Both the position numbers and the translations under genes were made by a program. From Planctomyces sp. (GTDB lineage Bacteria > Planctomycetota > Planctomycetia > Planctomycetales > Planctomycetaceae): DNA of 64,000 nucleotides. The first letter of the stretch is position 1; every line of letters begins with the position of its first letter. Shown piece after piece: positions 35,163 through 44,830 of the stretch. The notes below the pieces were generated by a model. That model ran no database searches. It saw only the letters and a list, made by a program, of their open reading frames with translations, and was not told the origin of the DNA. The stretch covers positions 1,479 to 65,478 of the forward strand of contig JANMIF010000512.1 of assembly GCA_031375695.1 (NCBI GenBank). Reading direction: 5' to 3'.

Positions 35163-36332
35163 ATGTCAGGTCACTCTGCGCCCGCCGCCGCCTCGTCAGG
35201 TCCGCCTCCCAAACGATCCTTTGGTGCCACGAAGAATCTGGAAGTCGACAAAATCTTCCGAGCGATGGTCAAGCACAAAGGCTCAGACTTGCATATGCAG
35301 GTCGGCCGACCGCCGATCTTCCGCATCAAAGGGACGCTGGTGCCGTTGGACATGGAACCGATCACCAGGGAGAAAATGGAAGCGCTGCTGATGCCAATGA
35401 TGGACGAGCGGTTGACCGAAATTTTCTGGAACGAAGGAGGCTCCGACTTTTCGCATGTGATCGAAATGGACGGCGACAAATGGCGATTCCGCGTGAATTT
35501 GTTCGTGCAAATGGGCATTCCCGGCATGGTCAGCCGTAAAATCGAACGCACGATTCCCAACTTCGAGGGCCTGTACCTTCCCCCCTCGATGGAGTGGTTG
35601 ACCGAATACGACCAAGGCATGGTGTTGCTCGCCGGAGTCACCGGCTCAGGCAAGTCAACGACGATCGCTTCGATGTTGGACCTCATCAATCATCGCAAGA
35701 GCGTTCACATTCTGACGATCGAAGACCCCATCGAATTCGTCTACACGTCAGACAAGGCGTTGATCAACCAACGCGAGGTTGGCATGGACGTGAAGGATTT
35801 TCACATCGCCATGAAGCACGCCGTGCGACAAGATCCGGACATCATGCTGGTGGGCGAAATGCGCGATCAAGAATCGTTCGGCACCGCGATCCACGCCGCC
35901 GAAACCGGCCACTTGGTCTACGGAACGATCCACGCCTCGAACGCTCCGTCGTGCATCGGCCGTATTCTGGACCTCTTTCCGCAAGACATGCACAAGGCTT
36001 TGCGCGGCGCGATGGCGTTCAACATGAAGGCCATTGTGGCTCAGAAGCTCATCAAGACCGTCGTCGATAAGCCCAGCCGCGTGCCGATCATCGAACTCAT
36101 GCTCTTCAACGGAGTCGTCCGCAAGCTGGTCTTGGAAGAGCAAGACAACAAGCTGGCCGCCGCGATCCGCATCGGCAAAGAAGAAGGCATGCAATTGTTC
36201 AATGACTCGTTGCAGTATTTCATCGAGAAAGAATTGATCAGCCGTTCCGATGCGTTCGAGATTTCGCCCAACATCGAAGAACTGAAGATGGCGCTCAAAG
36301 GAATCAACGTCCGCGGTGCGGCCATTCTGTAA
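35163..36332 (+). CDS. pilT: type IV pilus twitching-motility ATPase PilT
   Basis: ATG 35163 with AGGAG 6 nt upstream. 389 aa. Contains GSDLHMQVGRPPIFRIKG, Walker A GVTGSGKST, TIEDPIEF, QDPDIMLVGEMRD and TGHLVYGTIHA. Confidence 0.9.
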   Translation: MSGHSAPAAASSGPPPKRSFGATKNLEVDKIFRAMVKHKGSDLHMQVGRPPIFRIKGTLVPLDMEPITREKMEALLMPMMDERLTEIFWNEGGSDFSHVIEMDGDKWRFRVNLFVQMGIPGMVSRKIERTIPNFEGLYLPPSMEWLTEYDQGMVLLAGVTGSGKSTTIASMLDLINHRKSVHILTIEDPIEFVYTSDKALINQREVGMDVKDFHIAMKHAVRQDPDIMLVGEMRDQESFGTAIHAAETGHLVYGTIHASNAPSCIGRILDLFPQDMHKALRGAMAFNMKAIVAQKLIKTVVDKPSRVPIIELMLFNGVVRKLVLEEQDNKLAAAIRIGKEEGMQLFNDSLQYFIEKELISRSDAFEISPNIEELKMALKGINVRGAAIL

Positions 36333-36337
36333 ACCCC

Positions 36338-36403
36338 GTAGCACAGGTGGCCCGCCTGTGTCATTCGGCCCCAGTCCGAGCAGGCGATCCGCCTGCTCTA
36401 CGT
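36338..36403 (+). repeat. GTAGC-anchored double-hairpin REP-like element after pilT
   Basis: gtagc(36338-36342), then cacagg tggcccg cctgtg (36342-36360), a linker, then gagcagg cgatccg cctgctc (36378-36398), then tacg. Confidence 0.65.
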
Positions 36404-36424
36404 TCATAACGATCGGAATCCCAC

Positions 36425-37672
36425 ATGCGTCAAATTCATTCCCGGCTGACGTTGCCAGTGTGTCTGCTCGCCACGTTCGGCTTGTCTTGCGAGCGAGCGC
36501 CGACATTCCCCCCGTCACCGATCCCCCCGATACCGGTCGTGAAATCCCCGAGCACAACGTCTCCGGTCACTTCTCCTTCCGATCCACTCACAGCCAAAGA
36601 GCCTGAAATGAGCGCCGCCAAAGTCACGCAACAAAAACTTGATGCCGAATTCGACGGAAAGTCGCTGGAGCAATTCACGATTACTAACAAGCATGGCTTG
36701 CGAGTCGTCGTGTTGAATTTTGGGGCCACGATTGCGTCGGTGGAGGTGCCGGATCGGAAAGGCAAGTTGGACAACGTCGTCTGTGGGTTTTCTCCGGACA
36801 ACACCAAGTTCGTGAAGAATCCTCCGTACTTTGGTGTCGTGTGTGGTCGGTACGGGAACCGCATTGCGAACGGCAAGTTCAAGATTGGCGATGCCGAATA
36901 CACGCTCGCAACGAACAACGGCAATCATCATTTACACGGCGGGATAAAAGCCTTCGACAAGGCGATTTGGGCCGGCGAACCGTGGAGCGGCGAAGGTTGG
37001 GCCGGTGTGAAGCTGACGCATGTCAGCCCAGATGGCGACGAAGGATATCCCGGTACGTTGACCTCGTCGGTGACGTACAAGCTGACCGACGGCAATGAAC
37101 TGCGAATGGAATACGAGGCGACAACCGACAAGCCCACGCCGATCAATTTGACGAATCATGCGTATTGGAATTTGAAGGGGGCTCGGCCGGAGAACGGCAC
37201 GGTGCTGGAGCACACCTTGCGGCTGAATTGCGATCACTACTTGCCAGTTGACGAAGGATCGATACCGACCGGCGAGTTGGCCTCGGTCAAAGAGACCGTG
37301 ATGGATTTCACTCAAGCGAAAGCGATCGGGACCGATCTCGGCAAGCTGACGAACGAGCCGCAAGGTTACGATCACTGCTGGGTCATCAACGGCGGCGAAA
37401 GGCCGAAAGAGCCGGTCTTGGCGGCCGAAGTCAAAGAGCCAACGACCGGCCGCGTGATGCGAGTCTTGACAACCGAACCGGGCATTCAGTTTTACACCGG
37501 CAACTATTTGCCCGGCACACCGGACGTCGGCGGTTTTGCGAAGCATGGAGCCTTTTGCCTGGAAACTCAGAAATTCCCGGACAGCCCGAATCAGCCGTCG
37601 TTTCCGAGCAGCATCTTGAAGCCGGGCGAAACGTATCGCCATGTGACGGTGCATCAGTTCTCGGCGGAATGA
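36425..37672 (+). CDS. galM: aldose 1-epimerase (galactose mutarotase), exported
   Basis: 415 aa. N-terminal signal-like segment, then FGVVCGRYGNRIANGKF, NNGNHHLHGG, TNHAYWNL and FCLETQKFPDSPN. Confidence 0.85.
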   Translation: MRQIHSRLTLPVCLLATFGLSCERAPTFPPSPIPPIPVVKSPSTTSPVTSPSDPLTAKEPEMSAAKVTQQKLDAEFDGKSLEQFTITNKHGLRVVVLNFGATIASVEVPDRKGKLDNVVCGFSPDNTKFVKNPPYFGVVCGRYGNRIANGKFKIGDAEYTLATNNGNHHLHGGIKAFDKAIWAGEPWSGEGWAGVKLTHVSPDGDEGYPGTLTSSVTYKLTDGNELRMEYEATTDKPTPINLTNHAYWNLKGARPENGTVLEHTLRLNCDHYLPVDEGSIPTGELASVKETVMDFTQAKAIGTDLGKLTNEPQGYDHCWVINGGERPKEPVLAAEVKEPTTGRVMRVLTTEPGIQFYTGNYLPGTPDVGGFAKHGAFCLETQKFPDSPNQPSFPSSILKPGETYRHVTVHQFSAE

Positions 37673-37692
37673 ATTGTCGAGACAAAACCCGT

Positions 37693-37720
37693 GGGTCGGC
37701 CGGGAAAGGCCGACCTACAG
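37693..37720. terminator. GC hairpin between convergent genes; on the minus strand it reads CTGTAGG + hairpin
   Basis: ggtcggcc(37694-37701) gggaaa ggccgacc(37708-37715). The TAG stop of the 37715-40699 gene (cta at 37715-37717) lies inside the GTAG motif. Confidence 0.6.
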
Positions 37721-40699
37721 CGGTGATTCCATATAGGCGAATAAGTCGCGAAGGTCTTGCGGCTTGAGCTGTCGATAGAGATCGTCCGGCATCAGCGATA
37801 CGGGAGACTCGCGAATCTCGTCGATGTCCCCTCTGGTGATCGTGGTTTTTTCGTTCTTGGGGTTGACCAGTGTCATACTGGCCTCATCGCGAACCCCGAC
37901 CAAGCCGGTGAGCACTCGGCCATCTTTTGTGGTTACGACGAAGCTCACAAATTCCTTGCGAATGACGCTGCTGGGATCGACGAGCGAAATCAACATGTAT
38001 TGGCGGTCGAGTCGATTGGCGGTTGTCAAATCGGGACCGAGCTTTGTTCCTTCACCAAACAATTGATGGCATGAGGCACAGTGCTTTTTGTAGACCAACT
38101 TCCCCGCCGCGACATTCCCCGGCGCAGCCCGCACATCGTTGGACAGACGTCGGACTTCCGCCAGCTTCTCTTCACGACTCGCCGCCTGCAGCTTGCCCCA
38201 ATGTTTCGCCACCACAGAATCCAGTTGAGCGTCGTCAAAGAGAGCGACTTGCCGAACCTGTTCAAGCGGCGTGGCCGAGGCCGCGATGTCACCTCGATCC
38301 ACCGCTGTCAGCCAAGCTCGCGCACCTTCCTTCCGACCGAGCAGCTCGTCGCGGATGCGAGAGTTCAACTTTTCCGAGGTTGATCGACGATGCAACTCGA
38401 TCAACGTACTCGCGATACGAGGATCATTGAGACGCCCCAACGTCTGCAGAGCTGCGATCCGAACCATTTCCGGCTCGTCGGAAGCGATGAGCTTGAGGAG
38501 CGGTTCGATCAGCGAAGACTCAGCCACATCAGCCAAAATGCCGAACAGAACCACTCGCCGCGAGACATCGATTTGCGGATTCATTGAATCGCGAAAGGCC
38601 GTCTCGAACGATTCGCGATTTCCCAACGCGAGACTTAGTTGCAGCAACGTCGCATCGTCAGGCTCCGCACGCCATCGAGCAAGAACCAAATTGGAAAGTT
38701 CTTGTCCACTCGCGTGACCAATCCGATCTTCCGGCTGCTGAGCGTGCGGAATCTCACGCCAACCTTGCAGGATCTGTGACCAAAGTGCGTGACGTGCAGC
38801 GTCGTCGGGAGCTGCCTGAACAAGTTTCAGAACCGAGTCCATTCCGGCTGAGCTCCCTTCAGCGGCATAACGGCGAATCAGTCGAATCAACAACGTGTCC
38901 CGGCCAAGTTTTGATTTCCACAAGCTCGGGCGCACGAATCGTCGCAGCACTTCTTCGCGACCGCTGACGCTGTGCCGTTCGACCGCCCACCACCACAGCA
39001 AAGGCAAATACGGATCGTCGTTGTCGATGTCCCGGTTGATGTTGGCGTTGATGATCGGCAACGCTTGTGAAGCCGCCAGCAGAGCGGCGGTCGAAGCGAG
39101 TTGCTGTCGGACAGTCACAACGGGCTCTTTCTCCGCGAACTTGTCAAGTCGATGAGCCATCTCGGCCGATATCGGCCCGCTGTCGACAAGCAGCCGAACC
39201 GTCCACGAACGGACGGCCGGATGCGGACTACCAAGCAACCTCATGCCCAACGATTCGTCAAATCCCCCGACAACATTCAGCGACCACAATACTTCGAGTG
39301 CCGCAACTTCATCGTGATCGGCAGCCAATTTGTCTTTCAGCGTTTGGTGAACGGAGTTCTCATGGCGTCGAACCAGCTCTTGTCTCGCACGGCGGACGTA
39401 CCACTGACTTCGATGCTGATGCAGGTCGAGCAACTCTGTGGTCGAAAGCTTTGCGAAATCAATCGGCCTCGCTGGCGGCGTCCCCTTCGCCGCGATCCGA
39501 TAAATCCGACCGTTAGAGCGGTCCCAATCGGCATCGGGATCGGGGTGAGCCGTTCGGGAGTCATGCCAATCGGCAACGTAGATCGCCCCGTCCGGACCCA
39601 TCGTTACGTCACATGGGGCGAACCAAGTGTCGTTGGCGATCAGCAACTCGCCACCGTAGGACGATTGAAACGTTGAACCGCGCGGCACGATGTTGTGCCA
39701 AGTGACGCAATGTTTCAACAGGTCCGCCGCGATGTACTTGCCTCGGAACGAATCAGGGAACGAGTCCCCTTGATACACGATGCCACCCGCCGTGATGTGA
39801 CCCCCGCGAAAGTCCTTGTACGGAACGTGATCGAAGTAGCCGTAGGCGTGCGGATTGTGCAGCGCTCCATGTTTGCCAAACGACTTCCAATAGGACGCCC
39901 CTTGCACGCCATGCAGCATCGCGTATCCACCATGATTGGTGCTGTAAAGCAATTGGCCGACTCGGTCGAAGTCCAGACCCCAGGCGTTTCCGCCCCCTTC
40001 GCAGAAGAGTTCGAATGCACGCGTCAGCGGGTGATATCGCCACACTCCCTGTTGAAATTCGATCCCGCGAATGTTGGCGGTGACCGTGCTTCCCTGACAG
40101 CCGTAAAGCCAACCGTCCGGCCCCCACATCAGCGAGTTGGCGACACTGTGTGCGTCCTCCATTCCAAAGCCGGTGAGCAACACTTCCGGGTCGCCATCCG
40201 GAACATCGTCGCGATTCATGTCAGGATAAAAGAGCAAGTACGGCACGTTGATCACGAACACGCCACCATGTCCAAAAGCGATGCCGGTCGCCAGATTCAG
40301 CCCGTCGATAAAATCTCGGCTGTGGTCCATGTGCCCGTCGCCGTCGCGATCTTCCAAAATCGTGATACGATCCGCACCACGCGGTCCGTGCGGCGGCGGC
40401 TCCGGCACGCGATCGTATTTCGTGCGAGAAAAGCGATCGACTTGCACACGCTTCAACCCTGCCGGATTCGGATACTGCAAGTACTGAATGACCCACAACC
40501 GACCCCGATCATCGAACTCGATGCACACCGGCTGCCGCACGAGCGGTTCGCTGGCAAGCAATTGAACTTCAAAGCCCGCCGCAGGAGTCATTCGCCGAAC
40601 CGCCTCTTCCGGAGAAAACCCCTGGGCGGAGGCAGTCGATTCTGTCGCTAACGTGAAGCGCACAGTGACCAGAATGCCGATGATTGCCAAGATCCGCAT
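37715..40699 (-). CDS. membrane-bound-dehydrogenase-domain / HEAT-repeat / C-terminal CxxCH heme-binding protein (Pirellula-Verrucomicrobium type)
   Basis: The internal ATG at 40699 gives the signal peptide MRILAIIGILVTVRFTLA. N-terminal motif GFEVQLLASEPLVRQPVCIEFDDRGRLWV. C-terminal KKHCASCHQLFGEGTKLGPDLT...TGLV...VSLMPDDL. Confidence 0.9.
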   Translation of the reverse strand: MRILAIIGILVTVRFTLATESTASAQGFSPEEAVRRMTPAAGFEVQLLASEPLVRQPVCIEFDDRGRLWVIQYLQYPNPAGLKRVQVDRFSRTKYDRVPEPPPHGPRGADRITILEDRDGDGHMDHSRDFIDGLNLATGIAFGHGGVFVINVPYLLFYPDMNRDDVPDGDPEVLLTGFGMEDAHSVANSLMWGPDGWLYGCQGSTVTANIRGIEFQQGVWRYHPLTRAFELFCEGGGNAWGLDFDRVGQLLYSTNHGGYAMLHGVQGASYWKSFGKHGALHNPHAYGYFDHVPYKDFRGGHITAGGIVYQGDSFPDSFRGKYIAADLLKHCVTWHNIVPRGSTFQSSYGGELLIANDTWFAPCDVTMGPDGAIYVADWHDSRTAHPDPDADWDRSNGRIYRIAAKGTPPARPIDFAKLSTTELLDLHQHRSQWYVRRARQELVRRHENSVHQTLKDKLAADHDEVAALEVLWSLNVVGGFDESLGMRLLGSPHPAVRSWTVRLLVDSGPISAEMAHRLDKFAEKEPVVTVRQQLASTAALLAASQALPIINANINRDIDNDDPYLPLLWWWAVERHSVSGREEVLRRFVRPSLWKSKLGRDTLLIRLIRRYAAEGSSAGMDSVLKLVQAAPDDAARHALWSQILQGWREIPHAQQPEDRIGHASGQELSNLVLARWRAEPDDATLLQLSLALGNRESFETAFRDSMNPQIDVSRRVVLFGILADVAESSLIEPLLKLIASDEPEMVRIAALQTLGRLNDPRIASTLIELHRRSTSEKLNSRIRDELLGRKEGARAWLTAVDRGDIAASATPLEQVRQVALFDDAQLDSVVAKHWGKLQAASREEKLAEVRRLSNDVRAAPGNVAAGKLVYKKHCASCHQLFGEGTKLGPDLTTANRLDRQYMLISLVDPSSVIRKEFVSFVVTTKDGRVLTGLVGVRDEASMTLVNPKNEKTTITRGDIDEIRESPVSLMPDDLYRQLKPQDLRDLFAYMESPL

Positions 40700-40876
40700 G
40701 AAAACCGACTGGTTCACGATCTTTCCTTTCGTGGAGTGCCAATCGAGCATCGTGGATTCTGTGCAAAAAACCAACCTTCCGTGCTTTGCAAGATCTCAGG
40801 ACGCGGTTACATTCCCGCACCTCAAAACCTGGGGATTTGGAAAATCGTTGACGGAATTTGATCTAAGGGATATCTC

Positions 40877-40975
40877 ATGGCCAAGAATAATCGCAAAATC
40901 ACCAAAGCCAATCACGGTGCTCGCCCGTGTTGCTCACGCCAGCGCCGCCAAAAGCGGAGTAAGGTGAAGTTGTAA
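40877..40975 (+). CDS. 32-aa highly basic small protein (candidate; below the ORF-track cutoff)
   Basis: MAKNNRKITKANHGARPCCSRQRRQKRSKVKL. AAGGGA Shine-Dalgarno 7 nt upstream, and a strong terminator about 20 nt downstream. Confidence 0.5.
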   Translation: MAKNNRKITKANHGARPCCSRQRRQKRSKVKL

Positions 40976-40995
40976 CTCATCGTGATTTAAAAACG

Positions 40996-41033
40996 AAAAA
41001 AACCCGGCCGGAGAATTCCGAGCCGGGTTTTTC
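40996..41033. terminator. bidirectional rho-independent terminator
   Basis: acgaaaaaa-aacccggc(41001-41008) ... gccgggtt(41022-41029)-tttcgt. An A-run and a T-run flank the stem symmetrically between convergent genes. Confidence 0.85.
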
Positions 41034-41076
41034 GTTGTTGCGTTGAGGTCATTGAGGCAAAGCTCTGACAATCGGA

Positions 41077-41403
41077 CTATCGGCATCGGCCGCCACCGTG
41101 ATGATGACCGCCAAATCCACCACCGTGGCCACCGCGATACCCACTACCCCAGCCGCCATAGCCCGATCCAATCGCGATGCTCAGGCCAGGTCGATAGTAT
41201 CCAATGCCAGACGACGGATAGCCGTAACCGCTGTAGCCGTAGGAATACGCGGGTGCATAACTGTAGGCCGGAGCGTAGCTGTACCCGCTGTTGTATCCTC
41301 CATAGCCACCTCCCCAGCAATTGTGATCGGCCTTGGCCATCGAGGTCCCACCCACGGTCATCACACCAGCAACCAACGCAATCAGGATCAGTAACTTTTT
41401 CAT
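41077..41403 (-). CDS. secreted Gly/Tyr-rich low-complexity protein with His/Gly C-terminus
   Basis: AAGGAG Shine-Dalgarno. Signal peptide MKKLLILIALVAGVMTVGGTSMAKA, then GGGYGGYNSGYSYAPAYSYAPAYSYGYSGYGY...GGHGGGFGGHHHGGGRCR. Confidence 0.75.
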   Translation of the reverse strand: MKKLLILIALVAGVMTVGGTSMAKADHNCWGGGYGGYNSGYSYAPAYSYAPAYSYGYSGYGYPSSGIGYYRPGLSIAIGSGYGGWGSGYRGGHGGGFGGHHHGGGRCR

Positions 41404-41844
41404 GGCAGGCTCCTTTTGGCCAAACTTGAATCGAACGGGATTGAGCTTTCCGGGACACTCCCGTGTTTTGCTGCTCAGTAGGTTTGATTCGCAGTGTCTG
41501 TGCCAATCCGGGAAAATTTGCCGGTGCGAAATCTAGCGACTCTTCGGTTGAACAACGTTGACTTCAATCCATTGCGATAGTGAGCCGAAAATCGTTGAAA
41601 AACTTTAATGCTCGATTGAGCTGGCTGTTCTCCAACCAACGGATTTGAGCCGCCGGACCTGGAAATACGAGTGTCTCCGAATTGGTGATTCGGTCGTCGG
41701 AGTGATGACGACCGAATTCGCAGAGGACTCCGGCACAAGGTTTGATCACGATCAACGAACTGGGGGCATCCAGCGTATTTGGCAGCGTCAATTTGGGGCG
41801 ACAAGCGATCTCGCGTGTGCTGCTCCACCTTTGGGAGATCAATC

Positions 41845-42528
41845 ATGTTTATGAGCTTCGGCCTTCTGATCGCTACCGCTCCGGCGTTGATTCTGATGCT
41901 GTGGGCTCAATGGCGAGTGAAATCGGCGTATCACCACGGGATGCAAGTTCCCGCACCGCTCAGTGGAGCAGCAGCGGCTCGACACATTTTGGATAACTCC
42001 GGCTGCCATGATGTGGGCGTGGAAGTGGCTCAAGGCTGGTTGTCGGATCACTACGATCCATCCGCGAGAGTCTTGCGACTCAGCCCAGAAGTCTACGAAA
42101 GTCACACAGCCACGGCGGTTGGGATTGCGGCTCACGAAGCGGGGCACGCGCTACAACATGCTGAACATTACGCTCCGCTTGTGGTGCGAAACGCGGCCGT
42201 CCCGGCGGCTCAGGTTGGTCCGACATTGTCGATGATTTTGTTGGCGCTCGGAGCGATCTTCAGTTCGCCGAAACTGATCGTGCTGGGAATCGTCGCGTTC
42301 GCTGGCATCGTGGTGTTTCAGGTGATTAATTTGCCGGTCGAATTTGATGCCAGCAATCGAGCCAAGCGGCTATTGGGGCAACTTCAAATCGTGGATGGCG
42401 ACGGTGCATTGGCTGTTCGCGATGTGCTCAACGCCGCCGGTTGGACGTATGTCGCAGCGACACTGCAATCGGTCCTGACGCTGCTTTACTATCTGTTCCA
42501 CTTTACCAGTGGCTCGCGCGACGAGTGA
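41845..42528 (+). CDS. zinc metallopeptidase, YugP/Zn_peptidase_2-like membrane protein
   Basis: ATG 41845 with GGGAG Shine-Dalgarno. 227 aa. Contains [21 protein letters not shown] and [10 protein letters not shown]. Confidence 0.85.
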   Translation: MFMSFGLLIATAPALILMLWAQWRVKSAYHHGMQVPAPLSGAAAARHILDNSGCHDVGVEVAQGWLSDHYDPSARVLRLSPEVYESHTATAVGIAAHEAGHALQHAEHYAPLVVRNAAVPAAQVGPTLSMILLALGAIFSSPKLIVLGIVAFAGIVVFQVINLPVEFDASNRAKRLLGQLQIVDGDGALAVRDVLNAAGWTYVAATLQSVLTLLYYLFHFTSGSRDE

Positions 42529-42535
42529 CGATGAT

Positions 42536-43039
42536 ATGCCGGAAGAAATGTTTGACGTGGTCGATGAGCAAGATCGGGTGATCGAACAACGGCCGCGATC
42601 GGAAGTTCACCGTTTGAACCTGCGTCATCGAGCGGTCAGCATTTTTGTGTTCGATTCGGCGGGGCGGCTGTTGTTGCAGCAACGCTCGGCGACGAAGGAC
42701 GAATACCCGCTACGGTACACTTCGTCCGCATCGGGCCACGTTTCCGCCGGCGAGACCTTCGACGAAACCGCTCCGCGCGAGATGCAAGAAGAACTCGGTT
42801 TGACCGCTCCGCTGGAACGACTGGCGAAATTTCCTGCCGGCCTCGAAACGGCAAACGAGTTCACTGTCTTGTATCGCGCGATCACCGATGAGCCTCCCTG
42901 TTTCGATCCCGATGAAATTGCCGGCGGCGGCTTTTATGAACTCGTGGAAATCGACGCTTGGCTCGATCACGCCCCGGAAGACTTCTCGCCGCCATTTCAA
43001 GTTGCCTATCGCTGGTTTCGCGTCAACGTTCGTTGTTGA
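42536..43039 (+). CDS. NUDIX hydrolase
   Basis: 167 aa from ATG 42536. Nudix-box-like [23 protein letters not shown]. Confidence 0.8.
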   Translation: MPEEMFDVVDEQDRVIEQRPRSEVHRLNLRHRAVSIFVFDSAGRLLLQQRSATKDEYPLRYTSSASGHVSAGETFDETAPREMQEELGLTAPLERLAKFPAGLETANEFTVLYRAITDEPPCFDPDEIAGGGFYELVEIDAWLDHAPEDFSPPFQVAYRWFRVNVRC

Positions 43040-43140
43040 AGAATTGGCCGACCGTGGTTAATTCCACGAGGGACATCGCGGTTTGGTTGCTTGATGAGTA
43101 CCGTGCTCTACTAACGCTCCCCATCGAAACGAGGAACATC

Positions 43141-43593
43141 ATGACCACAGTTGCAACTTACTTGGTTTACGTGGCTCTCAGTGTTGCGGTTGCCATCTGG
43201 GTAGGACGCACATTGCGACGTTACGGCACCATCTACCTCATCGAAGGCCATGAAGAGAAACGTGGTTTACAAGAAGCGCTGTCTCACTTGCTTGTGGTCG
43301 GCTTCTATCTGGTGAGTTTTGGCGTGATCTGCTTCGTCCTGAAAATCGATCGAGAAGTCAGCGATACGAAAACCAGCATCGAAATTCTCAGCACGAAGGT
43401 CGGCACCGTTCTGGTGTTCTTGGGCGCGTTGCACTTCCTTGTCATGGTTGGGCTGGCTGTGGCTCGTAAGCAAGCGGCTTCCGAGCACCGTTTAAACCAC
43501 TGGCGGAAACTGACCCGCGAATTGCCGGCGAAGGCGGACGACGATGGCGGCGAACTGCCGACGTTGGATTCCGCCGACAGGACGATGCCATGA
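43141..43593 (+). CDS. small 3-TM membrane protein, tandem paralog 1
   Basis: ATG 43141 with GAGGAA Shine-Dalgarno. 150 aa: MTTVATYLVYVALSVAVAIWVGRTLRRYGTIYLIEG...LLVVGFYLVSFG...ILSTKVGTVLVFLGALHF. Confidence 0.7.
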   Translation: MTTVATYLVYVALSVAVAIWVGRTLRRYGTIYLIEGHEEKRGLQEALSHLLVVGFYLVSFGVICFVLKIDREVSDTKTSIEILSTKVGTVLVFLGALHFLVMVGLAVARKQAASEHRLNHWRKLTRELPAKADDDGGELPTLDSADRTMP

Positions 43594-43955
43594 CGATCGT
43601 CGTCTGGACCTATGCGGCTTATCTTTGCGTGAGTGCCACGATCACCGTTTGGGTAGCCGAGACACTCTCGCGGCACGGTCGTGTGTTCTTGATCGATGTG
43701 TTCCAGGGCAATGCGGCTCTGGCAGATGCCGTGAATCGGTTGCTCGTTGTGGGCTTCTATCTGATGAATCTGGCCGGAGTGCTCTTCAACCTGAGGGTCG
43801 GCAGTTCGGTGGCAACACCGGTGGAAAGCGTCAACTTCCTGTCGTCCAAGATTGGTCTCGTCTTGACCGTTCTCGGAACGATGCACTTTTTCAATCTGAT
43901 TGTGCTGACCGCGATTCGTCGCTGGCCGCAACGGCGGATGATGAAAAGGGGATGA
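43590..43955 (+). CDS. small 3-TM membrane protein, tandem paralog 2
   Basis: 121 aa: MTIVVWTYAAYLCVSATITVWVAETLSRHGRVFLIDV...LLVVGFYLMNLAG...FLSSKIGLVLTVLGTMHF. ATGA overlap with paralog 1. Confidence 0.7.
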   Translation: MTIVVWTYAAYLCVSATITVWVAETLSRHGRVFLIDVFQGNAALADAVNRLLVVGFYLMNLAGVLFNLRVGSSVATPVESVNFLSSKIGLVLTVLGTMHFFNLIVLTAIRRWPQRRMMKRG

Positions 43956-44014
43956 TGAACGACTACGATTTTCAAACGTCAGTCCCTCAATGAATTGGAA
44001 CAGAAACGCCAACC

Positions 44015-44830
44015 ATGCGAACCAGTCGAATCAAAGCCAAGCTTACTCAGAACAAACCGGTGTTGCTGACGACGTTGCATTATCCCGATGCGACGCTTTA
44101 CGAGATGACGAGCCTGATGGGGTTCGACGGGATTTGGCTCGACCTGGAGCATCATCATCACAGCGTGGCAACGGCCGAACAATTGCTGCGAGCCGCTCGC
44201 GTGGGGACTTCGGACGTGATGGTTCGCCCGGCGAAAGGTGAGTTCATGCGGATGGGCCGCATTCTCGAAGCGGGAGCGACCGGGATCATGTACCCGCGCT
44301 GTGACGACGCGGCGGAGGCTCACGAGGTGGTTCGTTGGGCCAAGTTTGCTCCGCAAGGCCAGCGTGGGATCGACGCCGCGAACGCCGATAACCCGTTTTG
44401 TATGACGCCGCTCGTCGATTATTTGAAAGCCGCGAACGAGCAAACTTTTCTCGTCATCCAAATTGAAGATCCGAAAGCGCTCGCTCAAGTGGACGAGATC
44501 GCGGCCGTGCCGGGCGTGGACGTCGTCTTCTTTGGGCCCGGAGATTTTAGCATTTTGTCCGGCATCCCCGGTCAGATGAATCACGCGCTGATCAAAGACG
44601 CCATGCGCACAATTTCCGCCGCCGTGCAGAAACATGGCAAGCACTGGGGCATGCCGATCTTCAGCGTCGAGCACGCTCAAGAAGTCCTCAGTCTGGGAGG
44701 CCGATTCCTGTGCCACGGTGCAGACATCATCATCATGAAAAACGGTCTCGAAGCCATTCAAAAGAACTTCACGCCGCTGGGCGTGACGTTCGAGCAACGA
44801 GAATCTGTCACGACTCGTAAAGATCCTTGA
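44015..44830 (+). CDS. HpcH/HpaI family aldolase
   Basis: 271 aa. Contains GFDGIWLDLEH, MVRP, GATGIMYPRCDDAAEA, PQGQRG, LVIQIED and GVDVVFFGPGDF. Confidence 0.85.
   Translation: MRTSRIKAKLTQNKPVLLTTLHYPDATLYEMTSLMGFDGIWLDLEHHHHSVATAEQLLRAARVGTSDVMVRPAKGEFMRMGRILEAGATGIMYPRCDDAAEAHEVVRWAKFAPQGQRGIDAANADNPFCMTPLVDYLKAANEQTFLVIQIEDPKALAQVDEIAAVPGVDVVFFGPGDFSILSGIPGQMNHALIKDAMRTISAAVQKHGKHWGMPIFSVEHAQEVLSLGGRFLCHGADIIIMKNGLEAIQKNFTPLGVTFEQRESVTTRKDP

Noticed and set aside
43305-44012. 235-aa minus-strand ORF, and 43979-44887 (302 aa, minus strand)
   Set aside because: They are antisense to the two small TM paralogs and to the HpcH aldolase respectively, with His/Arg-rich junk translations.
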